From IMG/VR virus record IMGVR_UViG_3300045988_129166: a stretch of DNA of 64,000 bases; one strand, given 5' to 3'. The DNA comes from a virus. A model generated the notes under the pieces. That model saw only the letters and a program-made list of their open reading frames with translations, ran no database searches and was not told where the DNA came from. Every line of letters begins with the position of its first letter. Positions within the stretch are counted from its first letter, which is position 1. Of the stretch, positions 45,272-56,313 are shown in pieces. Made by a program: the position numbers and the translations under genes.

Positions 45272-46156
45272 TTAAGCAAACTTGCCATATTTTAGAAACA
45301 CATTTTTGAGTTTTCCTTTTATACCATTTAAGGTCACTTCATATCCGGAGCCTGTCATGTATATGGTTTGTTGATTGATTCTATCACCAGAATACTTATC
45401 TATGAAATAAGACCTATACACTCCATACCCTTTAACTACAACATTGCTATATAGCTCCCATTTGCCAAGACCGTTCCTAAACATGAATTTAGCTTCTTCA
45501 AGGAATGAGCGAAGATTCTTTTCAGCAATAATAACACCATTTTGCTCTAACTTCTTTGCAATATCACGAATCAGCCACATATTGTTATGGTCTACTTTCC
45601 TAAAAGACTCGGCAAATTCTACATCGGGCTTGTGTTCTTCTATTGTTTTCAAAGCTTGTTGCTTCTCTGCCTCTGCCTGCGACTTTTCGGCTATAGCTTT
45701 TTGAGCAGCTTCATATTGATCAGCCCAGGCTCTTGCTGCATCTGCCGGATTAGAAAAGTCAGGGACCAAAATTCCCTTTCCACCGGAACTTGTTTTATAT
45801 TCTCCTGTTTTACGAATAGAAGGAAGAACCTCAGATGTTACCCATTTCTTAAATCTCTTAGCAGACTCTAATTTTGAAGATAATATAAGAGAATATAAAC
45901 CAGATTCATTAATTATTCTTATACTATCTATATATCTGGTTTTCAATATAGATCGTTTTACGCCCCATTGATTATCAGATACTTGCAAAAGCATAGAATC
46001 ATCATCATCTACATGTCTTTTTACCGCATCTTTAGCATTTATATATCCAAGAGATTTAGCCACATCTGACGCCACAAACCAAACATCTCCTTTTGGATCT
46101 ACAATAATTCTAAGCTCTCCAAAATCCGAACTTTCAAAAACAGAAACTTTATCCAT
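45272..46156 (-). CDS. Bro-N domain protein (phage antirepressor-like)
   Basis: N-terminal FESSDFGELRIIVDPKGDVWFVASDVAKSLGY matches the Bro-N consensus. Confidence 0.8.
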   Translation of the reverse strand: MDKVSVFESSDFGELRIIVDPKGDVWFVASDVAKSLGYINAKDAVKRHVDDDDSMLLQVSDNQWGVKRSILKTRYIDSIRIINESGLYSLILSSKLESAKRFKKWVTSEVLPSIRKTGEYKTSSGGKGILVPDFSNPADAARAWADQYEAAQKAIAEKSQAEAEKQQALKTIEEHKPDVEFAESFRKVDHNNMWLIRDIAKKLEQNGVIIAEKNLRSFLEEAKFMFRNGLGKWELYSNVVVKGYGVYRSYFIDKYSGDRINQQTIYMTGSGYEVTLNGIKGKLKNVFLKYGKFA

Positions 46157-46335
46157 GATAAAAAAAAATAGGCCCAAAAGAGAATGTCAGATCCCACTAT
46201 GACAAACCCTAATGAGCCAAAAATATCTTTCAACATCAAACAACCAGAGGTGGGATCTCGTTGTTCATTGTTTCTGGAGCAAAGATAGGAACAGGATTTT
46301 AAATAGCAAATATTTTAATACTTTTTAAATCAAAC

Positions 46336-46361
46336 CAGGGCCCGCATCACTGCGAGCCCTG
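46336..46361 (-). terminator. GC-rich hairpin (11-bp stem, 1 mismatch, loop TCAC) downstream of the HTH gene; terminator-like
   Basis: CAGGGCCCGCA/TGCGAGCCCTG; minus-sense U-rich tail GUUUGAUUU. Confidence 0.45.
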
Positions 46362-46436
46362 ATCTCTAAACTAATACCATGAAAAACTTAAATCTAAAAA
46401 CTAAAGAACACACAAATGTATGAAAATGTATGCTTT

Positions 46437-46634
46437 TCACAAAGAATCTGTATCCTGTTCTTTTGTGTGATTCAAGACATGGGATATAGTTCTGATACTT
46501 AATCCGGTTTGATTTTGTATCAGATTATAAATATAGGATTTTGAAACTACAGTTCTTAATTGACCTAAATCATTCATAATGTTTTTATACATAAGATGAA
46601 TGCTGTTGTTACGTTTGATGGTACTGATTCTCAT
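46437..46634 (-). CDS. Small HTH DNA-binding protein (LacI/Xre-like helix-turn-helix)
   Basis: IYNLIQNQTGLSIRTISHVLNHT resembles the LacI-type HTH ...GVSVATVSRVLN. Confidence 0.55.
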   Translation of the reverse strand: MRISTIKRNNSIHLMYKNIMNDLGQLRTVVSKSYIYNLIQNQTGLSIRTISHVLNHTKEQDTDSL

Positions 46635-46774
46635 TTCCTACTGTTATTAGTTACGTTCGGTTCTTACTTTTTCCTTATTTCCATAATCCCTTCCTGAAAC
46701 TAATATTGCAAACTTAATAAAAATAATTCATAAACAATGAAAATCTAACTTTTCTTGTATGTTATTGATATACG

Positions 46775-46814
46775 TACATATATGAGAAAAGTGAGACTTT
46801 CACAAGCCTCACTT
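46775..46814 (-). terminator. Rho-independent terminator after the 751-aa gene (minus strand)
   Basis: AAGTGAG/CTCACTT stem, 12-nt loop, minus-sense UUUCUCAU tail, 43 nt after the stop. Confidence 0.5.
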
Positions 46815-46856
46815 CCCAAATTATAACTATGAAAAAACTATATATATGTACAAAAA

Positions 46857-49112
46857 TTACCTGCATTCTAATTTGTTAAGATCATCCAATTCAGACTTGC
46901 TTACGATCATATCTTGCGTCAGGCCAGATCTGTTTTGGTATGGAGCGTAATCGGTTTCTACCGTCTTAGCCTTCTGAGTAGAATCGTATTTCACCTCCGA
47001 TTCGGTTCCTGTCAGATTTTGGTAGATAGAGCCGGAACTACTTTCGCCAATTTTAGTGAAGACCGTATTTCTTATTCTGATAAAGCCATCATACATACCT
47101 TCAACAACAACATTGCCATCCTGTTCGGTTATGTTATGATTACGAACCTCATTTAACAGATACGGATGTTTCGTAAAAAGATCGTGATAGAAATCAGAAC
47201 CGGCATATAACATATCATAATAATCCAAATAGAACAGATCTGTAAAAGAAGGATCGGTACTGCTCATGCTATACTCAAATAACTGCTCACGATCATTACC
47301 TGCCAAAGATAGTTCAATTTGTTTTAACGTATCCGGATCCGAAACGGTAAGACCCAGCAAATGATCTGGTTTGAAATCAAGATACTTGTATGCTCCTTCG
47401 TACACTTCCGTATTATGAAGCTTATTTTCAAGATAAGATTGGTATAAATCGAATAAGAGTAAAGGATTCTCTTTGTCCTGCTTTCTGTTTATGTATCGGC
47501 TAAACTCCCGTTCTTCATTAACATACGGGCTTCCAGGAATAACAAGATGACCGAACGCCAATCTAGTAGCATTCATCTCTTCCGTATTCTGAGAATCGGT
47601 ATAAGACAGGACGTATTTTTTAATAGAATCAGCAAGGGCCTTACTATCTACGTTTTTCACGCGGAGCTTATCTAAAACACCATCTTTAAAACAATATTCT
47701 GGATAGATGCCAGGTGGAAAATAAGTTAGACTCTGCTTGGCAAGCTCAGCAGCCATATCGTACAAATCACTTAAATTATCTCTTTCTACCTTATGATATA
47801 GGTTTCCACCAAGATAAAGCAGAGAATGATTTTCAAATGCCGATACCGGATCTATGTCAGATTCCATATAAACTATATTCATATTATCCATATACTCTGG
47901 CAAAAACATAACACGACGATCCCTGCTATCTCCAAGAACGTCATCAATAGCAGAAGCTAAGGTAGGAGCATAAGTATCATCGTTGCGCCTTGCTACATAA
48001 ATATCAAGATCCAGCATCAAGCTATCAATTTTATTCAGCGATTCTTCTGTTCCGTCATATGCCTTAGACACGCCTACGATATCTATACCAAGACCTACAC
48101 AAGCCTCTTCTACGTCCCATATCATACTTCTAAGGTCTTCTTCTGTATCAGCATTAACCCTGTTTAGAAAGGCTGATATACGAGCTCGTAATGACTCAGA
48201 TCCAATAGGGCTGTAATAAGCATAATCTTGCAACTTTGATAATGACCGTCTCTTCCCTTCTGCGATATCATTATCTTCTAAAGCCACAACCGGAACGATG
48301 TTCATATTCGAAAATTCGTTGAACAGCGACAAGGCAAAACTCTTATCCGACTGATATCTTTCAACTAACTCCGGATATGAATCAGATAAAGATTCGAAAG
48401 CAGCATCAAACTCTGAAGCAACACTAATACCTCCTACTGTATTTTTTATAACCTCGTAAACTTCAGCCGGATTATATGATGCTCTCTTTCCTAATTTATT
48501 GAAGACGCCATTTTTATACACAACAGGACCGTATGGTTTTTCTACGGTTGTGAAGTAAAACTCTTTCCCAAGATCGTGTTCGTTATTGGAATAGTCTAAT
48601 AATAACCTCATAAAAGAGCTGACCTCATTAAGTACAGAAGGATTATCTAATATCCTACTTATCTCTGTCTCATTGTACAAGCCGGATCTCCTTAGATTTT
48701 CTTCATTTAGGATAAGATTACCATCCACATAAAAAGAGCTTCTAACTCTATTAATAAGAGATCGTATGCTATATATGGAATTGGATATCATAACATCTCT
48801 TACATCCTTAACATCCTGAGCCGTTAAGGGATCGGAAAAATAAGCCTGACGCTTCATATACGACAGCACATCTTCTAAAAGAGGTTCGCCATTGGGATCG
48901 GTATTAAACATCTCCCCTGGAGCCTGATTATTCCAATGACCATAATACGACAAAAAATCAGAGGTGTAAGCCTTAGCCCATACTTGAAGAGCTCGCTCGC
49001 TGTTTCCTAATAATTTTAAGGCACTTTCGTAAAGAACGGAAGGCTCACCGTTAGGAGCCTCAACCCGTTCTATTTTATTTTCCTTCTTTTCTATCTGACA
49101 TTTGACACCCAT
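46857..49112 (-). CDS. Large virion-associated hypothetical protein (751 aa), last gene of the giant-gene operon
   Basis: Long ORF; no motif recognised. Confidence 0.85.
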   Translation of the reverse strand: MGVKCQIEKKENKIERVEAPNGEPSVLYESALKLLGNSERALQVWAKAYTSDFLSYYGHWNNQAPGEMFNTDPNGEPLLEDVLSYMKRQAYFSDPLTAQDVKDVRDVMISNSIYSIRSLINRVRSSFYVDGNLILNEENLRRSGLYNETEISRILDNPSVLNEVSSFMRLLLDYSNNEHDLGKEFYFTTVEKPYGPVVYKNGVFNKLGKRASYNPAEVYEVIKNTVGGISVASEFDAAFESLSDSYPELVERYQSDKSFALSLFNEFSNMNIVPVVALEDNDIAEGKRRSLSKLQDYAYYSPIGSESLRARISAFLNRVNADTEEDLRSMIWDVEEACVGLGIDIVGVSKAYDGTEESLNKIDSLMLDLDIYVARRNDDTYAPTLASAIDDVLGDSRDRRVMFLPEYMDNMNIVYMESDIDPVSAFENHSLLYLGGNLYHKVERDNLSDLYDMAAELAKQSLTYFPPGIYPEYCFKDGVLDKLRVKNVDSKALADSIKKYVLSYTDSQNTEEMNATRLAFGHLVIPGSPYVNEEREFSRYINRKQDKENPLLLFDLYQSYLENKLHNTEVYEGAYKYLDFKPDHLLGLTVSDPDTLKQIELSLAGNDREQLFEYSMSSTDPSFTDLFYLDYYDMLYAGSDFYHDLFTKHPYLLNEVRNHNITEQDGNVVVEGMYDGFIRIRNTVFTKIGESSSGSIYQNLTGTESEVKYDSTQKAKTVETDYAPYQNRSGLTQDMIVSKSELDDLNKLECR

Positions 49113-49138
49113 AATAATTAACTTTTTTGCAAAGTTAA

Positions 49139-49669
49139 TTATAAAACTGATTTATACAATGACGGATCCCAAACTCCTTCTATATAAATCTCCGGAAAAC
49201 TCAAACTGCCATCACGAAGAGTGGAGACTTCCAAGCTGGGAATGTTGAAAACAGTACAGGTACTAGCAAACTCACCATTCAACTTGATAGCATTTCCGCT
49301 GTTATTAGCCTCATAATAAAAATAACAATAATTTTTATTAATGCTTGGATCATATTCGTACCAATATGTTAGATCTTGTATATGGTCTTCTATATTACCA
49401 ATTTTGTTTCCACCTAATATAAAAATACCATTATCGCTATGATGATAAACCACAGAGTCATAACCACCATAATTCCAATCACTATTAAACATTATGTAAC
49501 TATAATCGGAATCATGATCTTTTAATACAGGCCCTATATGTATATGAATTTTATTAAACCAACATACATAAGGTCTTTTTCCTCCAAGCCTTTTTATATC
49601 TTCATTAGATAACTTATTATAACATCCTCCCATAAAATTATCCGCAGCATTAAAAAATCTTCTTCTCAT
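49139..49669 (-). CDS. MRRRF-N-terminus family small protein (start trimmed to ATG 49669)
   Basis: 5' end ATGAGAAGAAGATTTTTT; Tyr/Asn/Gly-rich. Confidence 0.7.
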   Translation of the reverse strand: MRRRFFNAADNFMGGCYNKLSNEDIKRLGGKRPYVCWFNKIHIHIGPVLKDHDSDYSYIMFNSDWNYGGYDSVVYHHSDNGIFILGGNKIGNIEDHIQDLTYWYEYDPSINKNYCYFYYEANNSGNAIKLNGEFASTCTVFNIPSLEVSTLRDGSLSFPEIYIEGVWDPSLYKSVL

Positions 49670-49671
49670 AC

Positions 49672-52600
49672 TCAACACTCCTTATTTAACTCATTTATCG
49701 AATCCGAATTATCAGAACCTTCTACAAGATTCTTATTCCTATCTATCTCTTCCTGGCTCATGTTACTCATCATATTTTGTATTTTCCTACCAGATTGAGA
49801 TAAAGAACGGATGAATGCTCTGGAACTTATCTTAACTCCAAGATCCGGTTTTGCCCTAAACGCTTCTCCGGTACTGATATTATATAAATCATACACGCCT
49901 GAGTTCATGTAGAATTTGTATATCCAGTTTCCACCAGCTTTTTTGTACCCTAATTTGGTTAGCTCAGTTACACTCATACCAAATTTAATGCCATTACGAG
50001 CCATTATCTTCTCTGATATAGGTTCTACCTTAGCCAGAACAGACGTATATGCTTCATCGCCGCCGTACAAGAAATAAGGGGTTGTCACCCTTGATATGTG
50101 AGTAAGCGACTCTTCGGATATACGAGGTTCGTCTTTCGCAGCCTTAGATCCTTTCCTTGGATTGAATATTCTAATAAAAGGATCGTATGTCAAAAAGGTT
50201 AAGCCGTATTCTACTTTATAACCTGATACGCCGTTAAGATCCCTTATAGCCTTAGTCGTATGCGAGTGATTGATGGTGTCTATACCATACCTTGATTCCA
50301 TATCGGTCATAATACTATTAACCTCATCTCCCTCTACATAAACCTCTTCTCCTTCCGGGATAGAGGTTATGCCGGCAACCCTTCTAAGTAGCCATAAAGT
50401 AACTTCAGCAATGTCAGAGAACTTATCTCCGTTCTTCCTATAGTTATCTACTCTTCCTTCTTCAGATCCAGGTAATTCGACATTTCCTTTAACTTCGACA
50501 TTTGTTCTGGATTGTCCTTTGCCTTCTCCATCTCCCTTTTTATCGCCATCCTCCTCAGTGCGTACTGCACCGCCTTCTGCACTTCCTTCTTTTCCATCAT
50601 TTAAAATATTATCTGATTCCGACTCTATAGACCCCACAATAGCATCATACCTTGGTATGCCGCTAAGGAAATCCGCTATGTTATTCAAAAACTCTATTTT
50701 TTCCTCATTTGTCATATTAAGGCTTTCCACGGGCTCCCATATAGCAGGCAAGTTGTTTGATTTTATTGCAGTAGAAACATCTTCTATAGTTTGGTTATCC
50801 ACCGTAGGCAAAACTTTAGAAACCAAACTATTGATATCAGATTCCATTTTTTCTACTTCCTCTTTTGTGCCATATTCCTTTAGGGTGTCCATGCCATTGA
50901 CTCTAAGAGAATAATTCAAAGCCTTACTCGGAACAAAATTAATATATTTCAAAAAGTTTTTCAACTCTGATATAATTTGTTCATCAGATCTTGGCCCAAC
51001 ATAATCCACCACCACCTGATCTGTTTGAGAACGAAGCCAAGAAACGTATTCTTCTAAAGTCTTACCACCTTTCTTGGAAGGAGTGGATATCTTATCACCT
51101 ACTGTTCCTTTAGGTTCTAATCCCATTTCCTCCTTAAGACTTTTAGGATTACCTCTCTCACGAAGAAACCTCAAGTCACCTCCTACAATCTTCCTTGCTA
51201 TAAAATCAAAAATATTAGCATAAGGCGGCAATCCTTCTTTTTCTATATGAGATTCTATTTCGTTTAACATAAGAGAGAAGTTTTTCCTGGAGGTACGCTT
51301 CTTGCCAGGTAAAGACTGCGTAGCTTGTGCCGCAGGAGCCGGTTGAGCCGGTGGCGCCGGCTGAGTCTCCCGGACAACCCCTTCCTCTGGCATTTCCTCT
51401 TCGTAAACTTCCACGTCTTCCTTAGAAGTAACGGTTTTACCCTCATCAGAGAAAGGAAGATCGTCCTCTATAAGTGATTTAGGTCTGGAAGATGATTTAC
51501 CAAACTGGATCCTGATCTTAGGAGCAACAAACATCTCACCTTCAAAATCTATTCCAGATTCTACTTCAGACGTCACAATGTCTTTCACGCTCCTACTTCC
51601 ATCTTCTACCCACTTAACAACATCAGGAACCGTAGATAATTTTTCTATAGCCTCACGAGCTTTTCTAAGCCCTGAAATAGGATTCAAGTACGATACTTGA
51701 TACGAAGCCGGATCAAGACCTAACTTGGTTAGATACGCATTAAGATCTTGTATATCATCTTGACCCATCTGTAACAATTCAGAGCCACTGGATTCAAGCA
51801 GCATATCTATAAAAGAAATCCATTTCTTTCCTTCCTCTGATTCTACAGAACGTAGACTAACCGGGAAAAGATAATTAAGACCGTTTTTACCCTTGATAAC
51901 AACTACCGGAACTCTTATATTTTTGTAATTATTCCCCTTGTCATTTAATATAGAATAAGCAAATGGGAAGCCTGTGTATTTAGATCCGTTCTTAAGCACG
52001 ACTTTGCCATTTAATACATATCCTACATCAGATACTTTTTCAGCACCTTTTTCGGTAATAGGGAGATTTTCTACCTGGCCATATCCTTGACCGTTTACCT
52101 TCATGTTAAACACCGGTCTTCCGGGAAGAGTCTGGGCAACAACATGCGTGCCGACGCTGATGGTAGCCGACCGACCAGCATCTTTCTTCCACTTGTTAAA
52201 AGCCGTTCTTCTTATTTTACTTATACCATCTATGCCCCCTGTGTCAGCTTTTACAACAGAAACGAATCTGTTCCCACTCATGACCTTGATAACCATATTG
52301 GACACCAGTTTATTCTCAGCAGATTCTATTCTTTTTTTATCGCCGGACTGAACAGCATCATTGTATTCGGCAAAAAGAGACTGATTATAGGTATCATTTA
52401 CATCTATTTCGAGATTAACCTTATCTCCTTTTTTCAAAGAAGATAATGCTTCCTGATCTATTTTATCTACTTCATTCTCTCCGAATCCGACACCCGTTCT
52501 GTACGGAACCAACTCATCTGAATCAAGACGCTTATAAACCAAAGAATAGGAATTACCCACGTCCTGAATAGACACATCTGTGTAACGGTTAAGAACACGA

Positions 52601-55600
52601 GCCGATTCTTTGTCTATAGACCATCTTGCATGATAAGGCAGTTCTATCACGGTAGCCGTTTCTCCACCTATGTTAAGGAAATACCTTTTAGTTCCATTAG
52701 CGTTCGTTTCAGAGCTTATTTGAATAGGAACCAATGATTTTATAGAAGATATAAATTTATCGGCTCTAAGACCGGCAATTTCATACCTTTCATTGCCGTC
52801 GTTGGAGATTCTTCTTACCATCAACGTCTCTGGATTCTGGACGCTATCTATGTTAGCTCCCGGTGTATTGTCAGATTCGTCTAATTCATTTACAAGAGAA
52901 TCTATATTAGCATCATCCTCTCCAAAATTACTTAACGTAGATTCGGAAATACGACCTTTGTCAATAATCCTGTTTTGTTCAATATAAGGAAGGAGATCTG
53001 TGATGTTTCCAACCTGACCAAGATCTTCTATGGTAAATACCGAATCAGCAAGCTTATCTTCGTCAACCTTCTCCCCTTTATCCCGTCTGTTCATTATATC
53101 AACATACGAAGAAATAGCATCATCAAGTTCCTTCCTTTGATCTGGTTCTAAATTGGATTTAGCCATATCAATAATAGCTTTATTATCCTCATACACAGAT
53201 CTCGGACTTGTAAGCCTATCAGCCTTTTCAGATAATGATTTTATGAGATTAACGGGACTGTCACCCAAAGACGATACATAATCATCAAAATCTTGTTTGT
53301 ATTTATCATACACATCTTTTTCTCTCGCAGTAAGAAGATCGGCATTACCTGTATATAGTTTATCAATTATAGACTGCCTTACGGCCGGAACCATAATAGG
53401 ATTATCCATAGCAGCCTCATAATCTTCATCCGATACAGACTCCGTAAGCGGTGACTCTTTTATATCATCTTCTGCTTCCTTCATCCTATCTTCCCTTACT
53501 TTATCAAGAGCATGCATAAAAGCCTTGATAGTCCAAGCTTCGTCTTCCGAAATCTTACCTTCTGACACAGCTTGATCTACTACCTCATCAGTATCATATT
53601 CACCAACTTTATTAGGCTCTGCAAAATCAGGAACCTTGTCATCCCCCTTATAAGGAGTAGACCATAGAGAAGACAGCGCTTTTGAAAATCCCCTGTTTTC
53701 TTCAGCTAAGAATCTTTTATCAAGCATCTTAGACAAGAAGTTATTCATATTTCTATAGTCCATCAAACTCCTTCGGTATTCATTTACCAAGGATCTCATG
53801 GCTTTGTCTTTGGCTGTAAACTTCTTCTCCTGTCTTGATTTTACATTAAAATAATCATCAAAAGCCACAAGCGTATCATAGGCTTCTATCACATCTTGTG
53901 AACTTATGGGAGAAAGAGGCGATGATAAAACAGATTCGGTTTTACTTACCAACTCTTCTATCGAAAACTCTTTTCCTATTAACGTTGATAACTCAGACAA
54001 CGAATTGTTATAATTGGTTCTAAGATCTTCCAATTCTTTGGTTTTTCGTTGTATGGATTCAGCTTGTGGGTCTTTTCCATCTACGTTACGAGGACGAGTA
54101 GCAAGATCTTCTATTTCGGATTCAAGCTCTTCTATCCTTGACCGTATGCCACGGATAGCCATCGCCCGCTCCCTTGCCCTGTCCGACAGCCGGGAGAACG
54201 TACTTAGTGCATCCGCCACGCGAGGCTGACCCGAAAGCGTTTCTATGACAGAAGCTATGTCTTTCATTCTTGATTCCGATTGAAGACCAAGAAAAGCATT
54301 ACGAGCCACGTATTTTCTAAATTCGATCTTAGAGTCATCACCTATAAGATCTTCGGCAAAACCCTGAGCAGATCTGAAATCAGAAAGACGATTATTATAA
54401 TTATCAATAATAGAATCCTTGTATTTCTTTGCCTCTTCCAAAGACATTCCGTTGGCTTCGGCTATTTCCGAAATAGGCATCATATCAACCATCTGCCTGA
54501 AATTTTCAGCCGAATCCTCTAAGGTTCCCATTTGGTTGTCAATCGACATCTTTTCAAACATAGCATCATCAAGCTCCTTACCGGTCATAGACTGAGCATC
54601 GGAACGAACTTGAGGCCCTAAACTCATTGACTTTTTCAACGTATTCAAAGCCGCCGTATTAAGATTAGAAGATGCTTTGTTATATTCATTTACTTGCCTT
54701 TCCAGCAAGATCTGACTATTACTATACTCTTTAACCCCAAAGAAGCCTTCCCTCATACCGAACAAAGAACCGATAATAGCACCGATTCCTATTTCAGTCC
54801 ATCCTTCTTTAGACGTATATTGCTTTTTAAATCCTTCAGAAATAGCATCAAGAACATCGACGGCTCCGTTCATAGCCACATTGTCATATCTTGACTTAAC
54901 ATATTCTTCAGCCGTATTCTGTACAGCACCTTGAGACCCTTCTTCCCACAGACCTTCAGATACCGGTCTTTTCATGATATTGAAAACATTACCAGCTATC
55001 TTCTGCCCTATATTGGGATTAGTTATTTTAATAGCCATCTCTCCCGGCTTCGCAACCTCCGTCCCTAATCCAAATAAATGCTTGTTGAGCTTCTTTTCCA
55101 ACCCAGGTATAGCCTTGCCTCCTAACCCTATATACTTACCAAAAAGAAGCCAGTTGGATAATCCTACTATACCCATATTGGCGGCAAATATAGCACTACC
55201 TACATCAGCATTAGAATTACGAAAAACAGCCATTTCCTCTGCATTGGGATCACGACCATAAATCTTACGATAATAATCCTTGAAATCAGACTCGGATTGC
55301 TTCATAAAAGAATTTGCTTCAACCGATGACTCGAATCCGGCACTGGTAGCCAACAACGTCATGGTCTTAGCCGCCTCCCCTACATTTCTTCCGGTGGCAA
55401 CTCCTTTTCTTACATAGTCGTTAAACACGCTTTTAAGGCTTCCTATGCCCCTATTGGCAGCTTGCCTTGCTGCCAACTTAGCTCCGATTCTTCCACCTAA
55501 TTTAGCACCTATATTGCCCAATGATCCAACTCCAAGTCCTCCGGTCATGTACGCTGATATCATGGCTCCTACGGTAAAAGACATACCGTTACCAAGGACA

Positions 55601-56313
55601 TCATTCCATAAGAAATTACCGGTATCCTTAAAAAGCTTCTGACCGAAATTATAATCTTCTACCTCTTTCTTGTAATAATGGGGAAGAAGCATGTCTATTT
55701 GCTGGTCAAGATCACCTACAAACTTATCCATGTTAGTGTTTAACGCAGCTTTGTAACTTCCCTCCGATGCCATATTGATAAGTTTGTCAGGCAATGACAC
55801 AACTCCTTGCGCACCGTACAATGCAGACTTTAAAGCGAATTTACCTACACCATTCCAAAACTTACTCCACCCGCTCTGTCTCCTGGCATAATAATCCTCA
55901 TTATTTATACCCGGAATATAGTTGGGATATTTTGTACGCCATACCCCATCATTACCCATCTGATGACTTTCACGGATACTTACCTTCGGTCCATAGGGAT
56001 TAAGAGGCGGCGGGGCAGGTGTAGCCCCCCTGTAGCTGTTACGGGCCAGTGCCTCCGAGTAACTGTTGCTTATCTCCTTGGCTATATACGGCTCTTCGTA
56101 TTCGGCAGCAGCTATCCTTGATGCATAATCTGGAAATTTAGGTTGGGCATACACACCTTCACCAGGCATATAATTAGGAACCAGAGGCGTTGTCGTCTCT
56201 GGTAATGTAGCCGGAGTGTAATTTTCTTCTTCAGCTAATTTCCTTTGCCTTGCCACATCTTCGTAAGTGGTTTTAGCAGCAGGATTATATCTATCTATGT
56301 TATTATCAGCCAT
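49672..56313 (-). CDS. Giant virion-associated protein (2213 aa) with Gly-rich hydrophobic segments; putative ejection/internal virion protein
   Basis: 6.6-kb ORF; glycine-zipper-like stretches (GLGVGSLGNIGAKLGGRIGAKLAA); Pro/Ala-rich linker; acidic EEDGDKKGDGEGKG linker. Confidence 0.9.
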   Translation of the reverse strand: MADNNIDRYNPAAKTTYEDVARQRKLAEEENYTPATLPETTTPLVPNYMPGEGVYAQPKFPDYASRIAAAEYEEPYIAKEISNSYSEALARNSYRGATPAPPPLNPYGPKVSIRESHQMGNDGVWRTKYPNYIPGINNEDYYARRQSGWSKFWNGVGKFALKSALYGAQGVVSLPDKLINMASEGSYKAALNTNMDKFVGDLDQQIDMLLPHYYKKEVEDYNFGQKLFKDTGNFLWNDVLGNGMSFTVGAMISAYMTGGLGVGSLGNIGAKLGGRIGAKLAARQAANRGIGSLKSVFNDYVRKGVATGRNVGEAAKTMTLLATSAGFESSVEANSFMKQSESDFKDYYRKIYGRDPNAEEMAVFRNSNADVGSAIFAANMGIVGLSNWLLFGKYIGLGGKAIPGLEKKLNKHLFGLGTEVAKPGEMAIKITNPNIGQKIAGNVFNIMKRPVSEGLWEEGSQGAVQNTAEEYVKSRYDNVAMNGAVDVLDAISEGFKKQYTSKEGWTEIGIGAIIGSLFGMREGFFGVKEYSNSQILLERQVNEYNKASSNLNTAALNTLKKSMSLGPQVRSDAQSMTGKELDDAMFEKMSIDNQMGTLEDSAENFRQMVDMMPISEIAEANGMSLEEAKKYKDSIIDNYNNRLSDFRSAQGFAEDLIGDDSKIEFRKYVARNAFLGLQSESRMKDIASVIETLSGQPRVADALSTFSRLSDRARERAMAIRGIRSRIEELESEIEDLATRPRNVDGKDPQAESIQRKTKELEDLRTNYNNSLSELSTLIGKEFSIEELVSKTESVLSSPLSPISSQDVIEAYDTLVAFDDYFNVKSRQEKKFTAKDKAMRSLVNEYRRSLMDYRNMNNFLSKMLDKRFLAEENRGFSKALSSLWSTPYKGDDKVPDFAEPNKVGEYDTDEVVDQAVSEGKISEDEAWTIKAFMHALDKVREDRMKEAEDDIKESPLTESVSDEDYEAAMDNPIMVPAVRQSIIDKLYTGNADLLTAREKDVYDKYKQDFDDYVSSLGDSPVNLIKSLSEKADRLTSPRSVYEDNKAIIDMAKSNLEPDQRKELDDAISSYVDIMNRRDKGEKVDEDKLADSVFTIEDLGQVGNITDLLPYIEQNRIIDKGRISESTLSNFGEDDANIDSLVNELDESDNTPGANIDSVQNPETLMVRRISNDGNERYEIAGLRADKFISSIKSLVPIQISSETNANGTKRYFLNIGGETATVIELPYHARWSIDKESARVLNRYTDVSIQDVGNSYSLVYKRLDSDELVPYRTGVGFGENEVDKIDQEALSSLKKGDKVNLEIDVNDTYNQSLFAEYNDAVQSGDKKRIESAENKLVSNMVIKVMSGNRFVSVVKADTGGIDGISKIRRTAFNKWKKDAGRSATISVGTHVVAQTLPGRPVFNMKVNGQGYGQVENLPITEKGAEKVSDVGYVLNGKVVLKNGSKYTGFPFAYSILNDKGNNYKNIRVPVVVIKGKNGLNYLFPVSLRSVESEEGKKWISFIDMLLESSGSELLQMGQDDIQDLNAYLTKLGLDPASYQVSYLNPISGLRKAREAIEKLSTVPDVVKWVEDGSRSVKDIVTSEVESGIDFEGEMFVAPKIRIQFGKSSSRPKSLIEDDLPFSDEGKTVTSKEDVEVYEEEMPEEGVVRETQPAPPAQPAPAAQATQSLPGKKRTSRKNFSLMLNEIESHIEKEGLPPYANIFDFIARKIVGGDLRFLRERGNPKSLKEEMGLEPKGTVGDKISTPSKKGGKTLEEYVSWLRSQTDQVVVDYVGPRSDEQIISELKNFLKYINFVPSKALNYSLRVNGMDTLKEYGTKEEVEKMESDINSLVSKVLPTVDNQTIEDVSTAIKSNNLPAIWEPVESLNMTNEEKIEFLNNIADFLSGIPRYDAIVGSIESESDNILNDGKEGSAEGGAVRTEEDGDKKGDGEGKGQSRTNVEVKGNVELPGSEEGRVDNYRKNGDKFSDIAEVTLWLLRRVAGITSIPEGEEVYVEGDEVNSIMTDMESRYGIDTINHSHTTKAIRDLNGVSGYKVEYGLTFLTYDPFIRIFNPRKGSKAAKDEPRISEESLTHISRVTTPYFLYGGDEAYTSVLAKVEPISEKIMARNGIKFGMSVTELTKLGYKKAGGNWIYKFYMNSGVYDLYNISTGEAFRAKPDLGVKISSRAFIRSLSQSGRKIQNMMSNMSQEEIDRNKNLVEGSDNSDSINELNKEC